Notes under the pieces: generated by a model | Databases searched by the model: none | Told to the model about the DNA's origin: nothing | The model's input: the letters and a program-made list of their open reading frames with translations, nothing else | Translations under genes and position numbers: made by a program | Part shown: piece after piece, positions 24,146 through 36,222 of the stretch | Layout of the letters: every line of letters starts with the position of its first letter | Position numbering within the stretch: the stretch's first letter is position 1 | From: Eukaryota sp. GEM-RC1 | Taxonomy: Eukaryota | DNA length: 64,000 bases | Assembly: GCA_040285855.1 (NCBI GenBank) | Contig: JAUFOQ010000002.1 | Location: 2,790,001 to 2,854,000 of the forward strand | Direction of reading: 5' to 3'

Positions 24146-25533
24146 CAGGTATGTAAAATAGATAAATATATTGTATAATAACAATAAATATATTTATTGT
24201 TATCTTATTGTGACATCACTCTCAACAATATATTTATCTTGAAAACTCAACAATATACTATATATTTCAATAAGATGAGATAAGTCAAGAACATTCTTTT
24301 TCTTTCTATAACCTGATTTTATCTTGATGTCAATTTAGAATAGAGTAGGATTGTGTTGAAGCATTTGAACTCCAAGGTAAAAGCGAACCGTGCAGTCACG
24401 GTGGTTTAAATGAAAGATTGAACAAACCGTTTGTCTACTCAAGATTGAAATTATATAGATTATTATTTTTTATTTTCGAATAACTGAACTGTAAGAGATC
24501 AAATACATGCTATGTGTAAGTCTTACAAAATTGAGTCATTTGTTGAACCACTTTTAAGATCTTTAGAACCAAGTAATAATTGTAATGTCGAAAAACAGAA
24601 CCAATTTTTTGGTAAACGGAGAGCAGATGTTGTTGTCCCTTCTTCTTCGGACAAATTGTTTGTTGTTGATGTAGTGTCGGTGGATGTTTGTAAAAAGACA
24701 TCTTTAAAGAACGCTTCGTCTGAAACTTCTCCTTTAGACATTTCTGAACAGGCCAAACAGGATAAGTACAAGAAACCATTACTAGCTTTAAAACATGTAA
24801 AACATGTAGAATACGAATTATGCCCCTTTGCTGTTTCCAATTTACGGACGTTTAGGAAAAAGTGCAATAATTTTTTTTAAACGATTTCGAAAAAATCGTA
24901 AAAAATAGGATGAACAAACGTTTTGATCATATGTTATGGTTGAATCGGATCGTTTTTACTGTTTTTAAAACAGTTCCCCTAATCATCTCCAAAGCTTTAT
25001 TAGCAGTGAGTGCATTTTATGAGGACAAAGCTGTTGTAAGGTTTGATAGCGACGGGTGTTGTTTTAATGACATCAAATTTTAGTTGTTTGATTTATTACA
25101 TTTAAAATAAACTCTAGATTTAAAAAAAAATATCTGAACTTGAGAAAATATATATAGATTAAAGTTGGATACCTGCAACTAGCAAGGAAGATGAGATGCT
25201 CTTTAGAAGAGCTAAAAAGGACTTTAGGAAACTCTAAACCATATCTGAGCTCAAAAGCGTTGGGAAAGCAACTGTTCTGGTTGTACAATGTTGATCTGTG
25301 GGATCAATCTTCTATTGGAAATTTTAATCTCACCTCAATACAATCAGGCTACAATTGGTGAATGTGATCAAATTCTTGTTCTTAGTGATTACTTACTGTC
25401 GTTATTGAAGATATATTTATTGTTATGACTCAAGATAAACAATAAATAAGGTAAGACATCAACTTGAACAATATATTTATTGTTGAATGTCAGAAAAACA
25501 ATAAGATAACAATAGGATAATTTTACAATGTTG
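24146..25533 (+). mobile_element. Internally deleted hAT element interrupted by a CRE-like insertion
   Basis: Perfect 8-bp TSD GTTGACTG; weak TIR (CAGGTATGTAAAA/CAACATTGTAAAA); ACAATAAATATA repeats; dimerisation-domain remnant WIPATS..EMLFRRAKRTL...LS...LFWLYNVDLW at 25165-25305. Confidence 0.8.
24491..25130 (+). mobile_element. 5'-truncated CRE-like RLE retrotransposon with poly(A) and TSD
   Basis: Nearly identical by eye to 7788-8400; A9 tail; flanks TAACTGAACT/TATCTGAACT. Confidence 0.9.
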
Positions 25534-25672
25534 GTTGACTGTATTGTTCATTTTTAGAACCAATTGAAATACGAATGTTGAGTTTGTATCAATAATGAAA
25601 AGTACAGTTTAGTGCTACAAGACTCAAGACTTTTCCAGTCAACTCCTCCATCAAGATAATGTCGTTTATTCT

Positions 25673-26348
25673 ACATCCCCTTTATTAAAAACATTAAAAT
25701 AAACACAAATACTAGAATTCAATATCATTAAAGCAACAATCATTGCCATTAAAACTCACATCAGCTTTTTCTTCATAAAAAACACTGAGAGCTAATAGAG
25801 CTTTTGAAATCATGATAGGAATTGTTTTAAATATTGTAAAAACAATACGATTCAACCAAAATTTGAAATCAAATTTCTTGTTCATTCTTTTTTTGACCAC
25901 TTTCTCAAAATCAGAGAGAAAACAAAGAGCATCTCTACCAAGTCGACCATAAATTGAAATTGCAAAAGGACATAATTTGTACTCAACATGTCTAATATGT
26001 TTGAGAGCAGTCAGTGGTTCATCATATTTGTTTCTCTTGTATTGTTCTGAAGAATTCAGTGGCGAAACTTCAGTTTTAGCATCCTTGAATGCACTTTTTT
26101 GCAAACATCCACAGTAATCACATCAACAACGGTTAGTTCATCATTAACTGATGGAACTATAACATCAGCTCTTCGTTTACCAAAAGTCTTATCAGAATCA
26201 CTATTTTTTGAATTATTGATTTCCAGTGATCTCAACAGTGGCTCAACGAAAGATTCGATTTTGTAGGACTTACACATTGCATGAATTTGATCTCTAACAG
26301 CATCATGAATACAAGTTCTATAAGTAATGAAACGATTGCAACTCAAAC
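25673..26348 (-). mobile_element. 5'-truncated CRE-like RLE retrotransposon
   Basis: HDAVRDQI, EPLL, KRRADV, PFAISIYGRLG; 11-bp TSD TCGTTTATTCT (25662-25672, 26349-26359). Confidence 0.9.
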
Positions 26349-26483
26349 TCGTTTATTCTTGAAGTTAAAAAGCACTAAAATCAAATGGGTTCAACATTAA
26401 TAGAAAAATGTTGACTCACTATCAACGCATCACCAAAAAAAGAATATCAACTGAATCCATTCAAAACACACTCACAATCACAA

Positions 26484-27549
26484 TCACGTTTTTGTCCTTT
26501 TAGCTTCTGATTCTGTTTGTGCTAGTCGTTTTCTCCCCTGCATCAAGAGATTCTTCATTCTGGGTTTCAACTTGTTTATAACAAGAACTATGATAGAGTT
26601 CTGCTGCATCTGCATCATAAATACAATCTTCGAACATCCATTCGTCCTCATCATCATCATAGACAAGATTGAACTCCTCATCACAAACAAAACATTTCTT
26701 CTCATCAATTTCAACCGATTCCACTGCTATCCGAGGCTTCTGTTCTTGTAAATCTTGTTGTTCGATTTCCCGAATTGATTTATCTCGAGCTTCAGCAGTA
26801 CGCTGCGGTGTTCCGTAAGTAGCCCAATCCTATATTTAGTTGTAAAAATGTAACCATACACTAGCATTCAGATATAATTGTCGTTGTTGAGATGTAGGTT
26901 TTGATTTAACAACATGTGTATCCATATGTTTATCACGGATATCTTCTGAGGAAAACCTCATTGCACATAGTGGACAATAATGAGGAGATCCGTACATCTT
27001 TTCAATTATAGGATGATGTGCAAGATTCTGAGACTTTCTTTGAGCAGCAGCAGGATGATGATGTCGATGTGAAGCATTGGGATTGGCAGGTCTGTGGGAT
27101 GGTGGGGCATTTTGCGGTGTGTGATGCATAGGAGTCTGAGCAAAACTCATAGGAGGTACAAGTTTACTCGATATGTTTCGATGGACTAAAGGAAGAACAT
27201 GAAGCCATGTATTGTTTAGATTAAGTAGTTCATGTTTTGTTGCCGGATCACAGCTGTTATAAACCACAAAGAACAATCGTTCCATGCTCTCAGCAAATAA
27301 ACCAATGTACGGCTGACCAATCATCTTTATAATACAATCAGCTAGATATAGAGCCGGTAAGCGCTCAGCAGGGGGAGCCTACATTGAATGTAAGGAATAT
27401 CATACGTTATGGATGCGGAATTCTATAGAATACACAACATCATGACAATTGTGGATATTCTGGCCCGCAATTGCTGCTAGCCGCTGAATTTCTGTGAGAT
27501 TATTGAAGCGCAGATGTCCCAACATTTGGATAAAGTCATCCCGAAACAT
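26484..27549 (-). CDS. PCF11: Cleavage/polyadenylation factor Pcf11, 2 introns
   Basis: CID motif RLPALYLADCIIK; zinc fingers CPLCAMRF..HMDTH and CFVCDEEF..YDDDEDEW..YHSSC; stop at 26500, or 26484 if GGGG at 26535-26538 carries an extra base. Confidence 0.85.
26830..26859 (-). other. Spliceosomal intron, 30 nt
   Basis: GTATGG...CTAAATATAG; contains an in-frame stop. Confidence 0.8.
27379..27405 (-). other. Spliceosomal intron, 27 nt
   Basis: GTATGA...TTCAATGTAG; contains in-frame stops. Confidence 0.8.
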
Positions 27550-27646
27550 GGAAAAGTAAGAAGTTAACTGGACTGGAAAAGTTCAAAAGTGGATTTCTAC
27601 CAGACTCTGCTTCAAAATACACATCCTTCAATACTTGAAATAGGTG

Positions 27647-30433
27647 ATGACAGACATCTCGTCAATAGTTCAGTCGTCTCTTTCCTCAAACTACGAATCT
27701 CAGGTTCTTCAAAATAACCAGGAACAACATTTGTCTGCTTTGAAATCCGAGTCCGAAGAACTTCGTGAAACACTAAATAATTGGTCAACGTTACGTATTC
27801 CAGGGGGACAGAAAGCCAAAAATCATTTAAAAAAACGTTTGGCAAAAATAGAGGCCACTATTGATTCCATAGAACAGGAAGATGAAGATAGCGATGAAAA
27901 CATGACTTTCCTTGGTGAATCTCTCTATGTCTCAGATGCAGAATATGATGATACAATGACTACTCAAATCACGTCAGCAGAAACAGTCAACATTGGGAAC
28001 TTTACCTGCACAACAACCATCTGGAACGCTCTCTTCCCTTTTCAAAAAGAAGGTGTCAAATGGCTTTTATCAGGTTTCTCTTCGAAAGTGTTGGGTATCC
28101 TAGCTGATGAAATGGGTCTTGGTAAAACCATCCAAATGCTGTCATTCCTACACGTCCTACACTGCTCATCCCTCTTCAATTCATGTGTTATCCTCGTCCC
28201 AGTCTCAGTTCTATCCCACTGGGAACGTGAGTCAGTGACGTGGTTACCAGGGGTTGAGGTTGAAGTGCTTCATGGATCAGGAGGTAGTACTATCGAACAA
28301 CAGTTTAGTCGATTGTTGAAGTATTTTGATTCGGAGTTGGAGTATGATTTTAATTCTAGAAAAGGTGGTGTTAAGAATCTTTTGTTGATCACTACATATG
28401 AAACCTTTCGGCTTTATATCACAAGTATTAAAAAATTGAATTTTCAAATGATTTGCTGTGATGAGGGTCACCGGATCAAAAATCCAGACGCTTCCATCAC
28501 GTTAACAATCAAAACGATTGAAACTCCACTTCGCCTCCTACTCACTGGAACTCCTCTCATGAACTCCCTACGAGAACTCTGGTCCTTGGTTGACTTTTGT
28601 TCTTCCAGGTAAACTTGGTGCTCTCCCAGTGTTTGTAGAACAGTACGAAGCTCCAATTGTTCAGGGAGGGTATGCGAATGCTTCGAAACTGGTGTCAAAA
28701 GCCGCGGTTAGAGTAGCTAGTGGGTTGAGGGATTTAGTTAAACCACTTTTACTTAGAAGACTTAAGGAGAAAGTCTTGACGCTTCCTGAGAAACGTGAAC
28801 ACGTGTTGTTTTGTCAGCTGTCGGAAGAGCAAGCGCGGGATTATAATAGATACGTGCAGTCTTCGGAGGTCCAGCGAGTTTTGCAAAATTCTAAAATTTC
28901 ATGTTTGCCTGCAATTTCTGTTCTTCGAAACATCTGCAATCACCCAAATCTTGGGAGGGATTCATTGAAACTTCCTCATATTACAGAAGATCATCCATCA
29001 AGCCCAAATAATTTTAATTATTCGGGAAAAATGAAAGTTCTTCATGAAATGTTAACAATATTTCGAAATGGAAACCATCGTGTTTTGCTATTTACTCAAA
29101 CTCGAACCTTCGCCGCCTACCTTTGTGATTACCTCTCTGGTCAAGGACTTTCCCATCTATTAATGACAGGGTCAACGCCAGTCAAACGACGATTGCCTTT
29201 GGTGGATCAGTTTCAAGATGATCCTTCTATTTTTGCATTTGTTCTAACTACCAGAGTTGGTGGTCTAGGTTTCAATCTACAGGCAGCTACACGTGTCGTG
29301 ATTGTCTCTCCTGATTGGAATCCTAAGATTGACCAGCAGAGCAAGGAAAGAAGTTGGAGGATGGGTCAGACTAAAGAAGTTGAGATTTATAGGATGATAT
29401 GTGCTGGAACAATAGAGGAGAGAATACTGCATCGACAAATTTTTAAAAATTATTTGATTTCTCGAATTTTGTCAAATCCTGCTCAACGTCGATTCTTTTC
29501 CAAGACTGATCTTGCTTGTTTGTTCTCTCCCTATGTTGCTTCTGATGGCGATACTGATACTGGAAAGTTGTTCAAGGAAGCTGTGGTTGAACCAAAGGCA
29601 GTAAAAGAAGTGGAAAGTAGTTCTCCAAAAGAGGAAGGTGAGCAGACCGAAGAGGAAGGAGTGCTGCCGGAAGAGGAAACTGTGTGTGAAGAAGATCAGA
29701 ATCATGACTTTGATTTTGTTGTTGAAGAATCTGCTGCTCTTCATGCTGATCCCGTTTCCACTTCAATCAATCGTCCCTTTGTATCTGATGATCAAGATCT
29801 TGCTTCTTTCCTTTGTCTATCAGGGTCAATCACATCAGCAATCAATCACGATTACGTTGAGAATGGCTATAACGACGATGCCAACACCTTTGATTCCAAA
29901 GCTGAAGAAATTGCCAAGGAAGCTGTTCTAGAATTAAGAAAGTCCGGCCAACTACGGGGTAATCTACCCGTCTTCATTCCCACTTATACTGGTTCTAACG
30001 GAGAGGCAGGGAAAACTAGAAATGGCGGGATGAAGTATGCTCTGAAACAGTTTAAAGATAGAGCTGAGGCTGCGGCGAAAATGGCAAGTGAGTCAAATTT
30101 GGTCAAGCTAGTAGGTCATAAACGACGTGCTACTGATTTTAGTGCTTCTGGGTTAGCGTTACTACGATCGTTGAAAAAGGAGTTCCCATCATTTCTGATG
30201 ACGTCATCAAGGGTGACGTCGAGACTGATCGAGTTGAGCCAAAAACGCTTGTACAGGAATTAGTTGATTATTTTACCTTCCAGGGTGGTCAAGTTGGATG
30301 TAAAGAACTTGTTGACAAATTTAAAGATACAGTGCAGGGAAAAGATGTGCTGCTTTTCAAGAAGATTCTACATGAAGTGGCTGAATTAAAAGATGGTTGT
30401 TGGTACTTGAAGTCATTGACTTCCTTGAGTTAA
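27647..30433 (+). CDS. ERCC6: SNF2-family ATPase ERCC6/CSB/Rad26; apparent frameshifts at 28595-28598 (+1) and about 30174-30178 (-1)
   Basis: GILADEMGLGKT, DEGHRIKNPD, ELWSLVDF|VLPGKLG, GGYANAS, LTTRVGGLG, PDWNP, ERSWRMGQ, PTYTGSNGEAG; the shifted frame encodes a CSB-like C-terminal domain (LLFKKILHEVA...WYLK) ending TAA 30433. Confidence 0.9.
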
Positions 30434-30837
30434 TTAATCTTTTTTGTTGAAGTTGCATCAGTGTTTTTTAACACTTTTGATGTTTTTGAAAAATCTAATG
30501 TTTTATGATCTACATCATTGTGACATTGTTTTTATGTCATGAAAATGAAACGTTTTTTTTTCTTTTTTTTACTAAATTATTATCTACAGGTACTATTGTA
30601 TTTGATCTAATTAATACAGGGCAATAATTATTGTTTGATTGTCCAGGGTGCTCGTTAAAAAATATCGAAGGGAGAAGCCAGAAAACTGCTTCTAATCTTT
30701 CTCGTTTATGCAATACAACAATAAACCTTGTTGCGTTCTGTTTTTGACTGCTGTTTTGAAAACACTTCAATTATCAACTTTTATTTACATTTTTGATACT
30801 TGTATGGAAACAATCTAAAGGGTACAATTTGGATGTA

Positions 30838-31572
30838 CTAATAGCACTTTTCTATACTGCTTCCAGTTTCATTCATCAATTTCCATGAAATCCGTCTTCT
30901 TAAATCGAGAGTCGTATTTTGCAAATGCAATACTGCTGTTTCCTTGTTCCCGATCGTGGCAGCAAACACAGTAATAAATTCATCTTGATCTTGACCTACC
31001 AAATCATGCATTCTCTTATCCAGTTTGTTTAAGTTGAAGTTGAAGTTGCAATGGGAGTGGATTAATCCCATTACACTGGCATGACCCACTAGGCGATGAA
31101 TTGTAAACTCGTGAACCAGTTCATTCAGTTCTTCTTCATTTTGAAAGAGTTTCAGTAGATCTGATGGGTCTTGGGAAGGCAGAATAAATAATTGATCAAT
31201 AAAGCCCGTTTCAGAATTACCTAAGAGAAGTCCTGTGGTTTCAGAAGGAGAGGATGCATTGCCAAGACGATATTTGGCAAAGTTATTCAAAATGTATTCT
31301 GGAAGCACTAGTTTTTCTGTCCCTTTTGTTGAAGAAGAACATGATGCTCTTCGTTTGCGTTCAGCGTTGATTTCTTCTCGAGAAAAGAAGCCAGCAACTA
31401 GATCTGAGTCTAAGTCAAGCCTCTTCACACTGGGCATAATTCGAAAGGGAGAACGTTCTTCAGGCAGAAGCTTTCTTGGTTGATATCGCTCAGTGATTTG
31501 CTCATTTGTTAATCCTTCTTTGATGGCTTCAGCTCTTTGCCGGTTTGAGAGAGATCCAAGTCCAAGGCGCAT
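30838..31572 (-). CDS. JAB1/MPN (JAMM) domain protein, AMSH-like
   Basis: ETTGLLLG, LFILPSQ, GLIHSH-x7-NKLD. Confidence 0.7.
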   Translation of the reverse strand: MRLGLGSLSNRQRAEAIKEGLTNEQITERYQPRKLLPEERSPFRIMPSVKRLDLDSDLVAGFFSREEINAERKRRASCSSSTKGTEKLVLPEYILNNFAKYRLGNASSPSETTGLLLGNSETGFIDQLFILPSQDPSDLLKLFQNEEELNELVHEFTIHRLVGHASVMGLIHSHCNFNFNLNKLDKRMHDLVGQDQDEFITVFAATIGNKETAVLHLQNTTLDLRRRISWKLMNETGSSIEKCY

Positions 31573-32531
31573 ATTGAACAAGGGTTGTGGAATTTAAATT
31601 TTGAAATTGTACTACCCAGCTCTAGACTACGTCTTGTTAGATACTTCCGGATGAGTAGTTGTACAAATTGAACTGTTTGTTTGGACAAGATTGCGGTACA
31701 AAGAGAAGATTATGGGAGAGTGGTCTTTGGTTGAAAAGCGTACTGTTCCAATAGTAACAAACAGGTGAGTTCCACCCCTGTCAGTGTCTTTTAAAAGAGT
31801 GTGGAGACTGACTTCTTTAAAATCTGACTATGAGACAAAATAGAATGGAAGAACTATAAAACACTTTAAAACAGCAATATGTAAGATACTATACCGACAA
31901 ACAAGTGCAATCTTCTCTGCGTTCGCTACTGTTGTTCCTTGCGGGGACGTCCTCGAGTTGTCTGCTTCTCAGTTGTTGATGTTTCAGTCACATCAGTTCT
32001 AGGACCTGGTTTAGATGTCTTCTCGGTTGTTGTAGTTGTAGTCCTTTTTTCTGGCATTGTGGTTGGACCGATCCAAGGTTCCACCGATTTGATCAGGGTT
32101 CGCAGAACTCTGTTTCAAGTCGAAATCTCTGTATTGACAAAATTTAATGGAGTATGTACTGTAAACGTTATCACACAGTGATGTGCAAAATCTGTAAGCC
32201 AATCTATGAGCAACTCGTGGGTCCTTCTGGACTTTACTAACATTTCATATTCATACACAGAATTTTGAATGGGACCACTGTTTTTGAAAGCACAAGTTTC
32301 ATAACAATAGTCATCTTCTTAAACAAATCCTTATCCAAATAATTTTAGCTGTAAATGACCACCAACACGCGTGTTTCGTTTATATTAGTTTTGTGTGAAA
32401 CTCGGTCATATTGACCGAGAGAGACCTTATGACGATGGTGTGATTCGCGTCTTTCTTCAAAAAGAATGTTGAGTGGATAGATCTTGATTTGATTACTCAG
32501 ACTTTTTTTGAACACACTTGATATCTTCTTC

Positions 32532-33187
32532 ATGGACCCTAAATATATCAATCAACGCCCTAGCTCGTCTTCCCGTATACAGAAACAGCTGCAAAAGAAT
32601 CCATTGTCAATCGTTTTCTTTGTGATCTGTCTAATTGTATTTGCCGTCGCCCAGCTGTCAGATCCAGAGAATGTACGATTTCTGGCTTTCGATCATAATG
32701 AATTGCCTGGTCGCTGGTGGGGCTTTGTGACCTACGGATTTGTACATGTGGAATGGAATCATATCATTATGAACATGGCGGTCTTAGTTTGGCTTGGAGT
32801 TTGGGTGGAAAGACTTCTTACCCCATTAAAGTACTGTATCGTTGTCTTTGTGTCAATTCTTACTGGTTCTGCAGCTCTTTTGTTCAACAGACGGCTGGAA
32901 TCGGATTCAGTGCAGCTTGTTCCGCATTCATCTTCTACTACAATTGTCTATATCCAATGGAACGGGAGTTGGTTTGGAAGATTCCTAATGTCACAGTTCC
33001 CATCTTAGTTGCTGTTGTTTCCATAGGATCCATCATCTTTGGTTGGTTTCCAGGAGTAGGACACTGGCCTCATCTCACTGGAGGACTTGCTGGCTGGATA
33101 CTGATGCCCATTTTCCGTAAGGGTCATAAATCTTTAGAAGAAGAGGAAGAGGTTACAACAAGTGAGTTACTAGCTTCAGTTATTTAG
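32532..33187 (+). CDS. Rhomboid intramembrane serine protease, copy 1 (1-nt deletion at 32878-32881 relative to copy 2)
   Basis: WWGFVTYGFVH..HII.NM, GFSA, HWPHLTGGLAG; close paralog of 34727-35374. Confidence 0.85.
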
Positions 33188-33359
33188 CTAGCTTCAGTTA
33201 GAGTTTTAATCTGTTTTTCGAAATGTTGCTGATGATAAGTTACGGAGTGTGTTCTCCTCATGTGAGAACGTACTTTGTTGAGTAATTTGACTGGTACAGG
33301 GTAAACATGTACTGTATATGCACTGCAGCATGAAACCAAACTCACTATAAATGATTCAT

Positions 33360-33830
33360 GTACAACATTCTAAAAAATTTTGATTTAATTAACAATTCTC
33401 GTCGAGACGACTTACGTGGTCCTCTTATTGATTCTAATCAAATTGTCCTTTATGTTACAGCAGTAGATCCATGTGCTCAAACTTATGTTAACGGCTTAAA
33501 TTCTAAAGATTTCAACCACTTAGAAACAGCTGAAAAACGTAAAGTTGATTTGTATTCCAAAGATGTTGCAAAACTCAATCAAAATTTGTATTTGTTACAT
33601 TTGTTAATTCTATTTTTGGTAGTATTGGTGAAATAGCTTCTAAGTTGTTAACTGATTTTGGATCTATGTGTAAGTCTCTGAATAAGAGATTTAACTTATC
33701 AATTTGGCATAACCGTTTGATTTTTTCATTGTTCCGTTCGATGCCTAAGTTTTTTGAATCAATTTTCACAAAGTTGTATAAGAACTGTGGTACTGTTGAC
33801 CAGGAATTTTCTGTGTCTAATGTTTTTTAG
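33360..33830 (+). mobile_element. Degenerate CRE-like RLE 3' fragment (divergent subfamily)
   Basis: RRDDL..VTAVDPC..AEKRKVDLY..FGSIG..WHNRLIFSLFRSMPK. Confidence 0.75.
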
Positions 33831-33917
33831 TTTTTATTATGATACGTATTTTTGTACCCTTCGCCGATTTCTAAAAATGATTTCTATTTGCAACAATTTA
33901 TTACGAAATAGTATGTA

Positions 33918-33992
33918 CAGTCTACCCTCCCAATATGACCAGGTGTCGGAGCGGCCTGGTTGAAAGGGTGGACATATTTGGAGGGTAGACTG
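33918..33992. mobile_element. 75-bp Tc1/mariner-type MITE
   Basis: 20-bp TIR CAGTCTACCCTCC(C/A)AATATG (19/20), TA on both sides. Confidence 0.85.
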
Positions 33993-34099
33993 TATGTGAT
34001 AATCGTATGTTTGACATAAACTCTTACCATCAATTTATGGCATTCTAATTCTGCAAACGTACAGTAAAAAAAGTGCTTTATTCTATAAACTTACACCTT

Positions 34100-34330
34100 A
34101 GAAAATATATTAGACAGATAAACCTACCCCATCACACAACCTTCTCCACCACACTCTTCAAGATATCATCAAAGTATTTGTTCATAGAACGAAATAAAGC
34201 AAATACTAAACGATCTCTCCAAAAACCACCGTTGAACTTTTCACCGAAATCATAAACGGACAGTAAAAGATTTAATGAGTCTGGAACAGACAAATTAAAA
34301 TCCAGACAAATGAAATCGTGTACTGTAAAT
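34100..34330 (-). mobile_element. Degenerate CRE-like 3' tail
   Basis: FGEKFNGGFWRDRLVFALFRSMNK on minus strand. Confidence 0.6.
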
Positions 34331-34726
34331 ACTGCTTTCTTCCAGCTAGAGTGACCGCATCAACATGTGACCACTGCGCTGTAGCATTTTACATATATTT
34401 TAGCATGTACTGAACGGACGATAACTGATATCTACATGAAGTCTACTCCTTAATCTAATGATGTAATCAGCAGTCTTCTCAATTATGTTTGCTCCCAGCT
34501 CAACTACGTACAGAAAAGGACAATGTCATGTTCAATCACAAACACAACGTCCAAAGAATCTCTCATGTGGAGGTTGTTCTTCAACAGAATGTCAGTTTCT
34601 AATGTACTTCGTTGGAAAAGAATGATGACTCATCTTGAGTAAAATCTAGAATTTTGAGCTTGACTGGAATAGACCGATTTGAACTCTAAGAAGAGTGTGT
34701 TGAATTCCAATACTGCATCTTCAAAC

Positions 34727-35374
34727 ATGGAGCAACCTGAGAGCATCGAACAACGCCCCAGCTCGTCTTCAAGTATACTGAAAGAGCTGCAAAAGAATTA
34801 CCTGTCCATTGTCTTCCTGGTGACGTGCTTAATCGTGTTTGCCGTCGCCCAGCTGTCAGATCCAGAGAATGTACGATTTCTAGCTTTCGATTACGATGAG
34901 CTACCTGATCGCTGGTGGGCTTTTGTGACCTACGGATTTGTACATGTGGATTGGAACCATATTATTGTCAATATGTTGGTATTGGTTTGGCTTGGAGTCT
35001 GGGTAGAGCGACTTCTTACCCCGTTCAAGTATTGTATCGTTGTCTTTGTGTCAATTCTTGCTGGTTCTGCTGCTTTGTTTGTCCGGAAGACTGCTGGAAT
35101 CGGATTCAGTGCAGCAGCTGCAGGTTTCATCTTCTACTACAATTGTGCCTTTCCAATGGAGCGGGAGTTGGTCTGGAAGATTCCCAACATTACCGTACCA
35201 ATTATAGTTGCTGTTGTTTCCATAGGCTCCATCATCTTCGGTTGGTTTCCAGGAGTAGGACACTGGCCTCATCTCACTGGAGGTCTTGCTGGTTTGTTCT
35301 TCTTGGCGATCTTCCGTAAGAGTCACAAATCGTTGGAAGATGATACCCCTGAGTTACCTACCACTAGTAATTGA
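34727..35374 (+). CDS. Rhomboid intramembrane serine protease, copy 2 (intact)
   Basis: About 6 TM segments; catalytic Ser in GFSAA and His in HWPHLTGG. Confidence 0.88.
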   Translation: MEQPESIEQRPSSSSSILKELQKNYLSIVFLVTCLIVFAVAQLSDPENVRFLAFDYDELPDRWWAFVTYGFVHVDWNHIIVNMLVLVWLGVWVERLLTPFKYCIVVFVSILAGSAALFVRKTAGIGFSAAAAGFIFYYNCAFPMERELVWKIPNITVPIIVAVVSIGSIIFGWFPGVGHWPHLTGGLAGLFFLAIFRKSHKSLEDDTPELPTTSN

Positions 35375-35499
35375 GCTTCATCAACCAGAGAGTCATTGCT
35401 CTTTGATTGGAAATAATTATGATTAGGTTCGTTTAGGAACTAAATTAGTAAATAGTTTGTGAACACATCTTTTGATACAAAACGCCATTTATTTACAAA

Positions 35500-35790
35500 T
35501 AAAGAATATCATCAATATTAACAAAGGAGCTACTAATACATCTACATCATCTCACATTCAGGTTAAAATCGAATCAAAATACCTAAACAATGCTTTAAAG
35601 AATATAGGAACATTCATCTCCAACAACTTATTAAAATTGTTTCCACACTGCCTACATAATTTGCCGAAAGATGTGAGAAATTGTTGTCCGAAAAAGCCAA
35701 AGGCTCCGTAAAGTGAATTAGCAAAAGGATGGAAAACAAGCGTAATGTGTCAACGAGAATTCGTCTTGGTAATTAATACACCATTCATGA
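35500..35790 (-). mobile_element. Degenerate CRE-like 3' tail
   Basis: LVFHPFANSLYGAFGFFGQQFLTSFGKLC on minus strand. Confidence 0.55.
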
Positions 35791-36222
35791 TCTTCAAAAT
35801 AAACTCTGTTGATTGTATACTAGTAATTGTCGTGTGTCATTTTAACTATGAGTTTATTTGCAACAATAAATTAATACATACATTGTCGTGTGTCTAAATA
35901 TCATAGATTTACCATCAGTACTAAAAAAACGGATTTATGTGCGGAGAAAAACACACAACAAGAAAACAACAAACATATAAACACTATTAAAACAAATTGT
36001 CAAACGAACTACAGTATCTGATTTCGAAAAGTAATTGCCTCCAAACAACTTGGACAAAATTGAATCAACATATCTAAACGTAGACCTAAATCAGTACTTG
36101 CATCAGTGTTTATCCCAGATTTATCAGTTTTTAACGAAAATGGCTACATAAACTTTCAGTTTCAGTATAAGGCTTGTCGAGCATTGGGTGAGTGGTAGTA
36201 ATGATAGTAGCTGAGTTGAAAT

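Noticed and set aside
30171..30181. Canonical -1 slippery heptamer in ERCC6
   Set aside because: G AAA AAG does not fit X XXY YYZ and no clear downstream structure was seen
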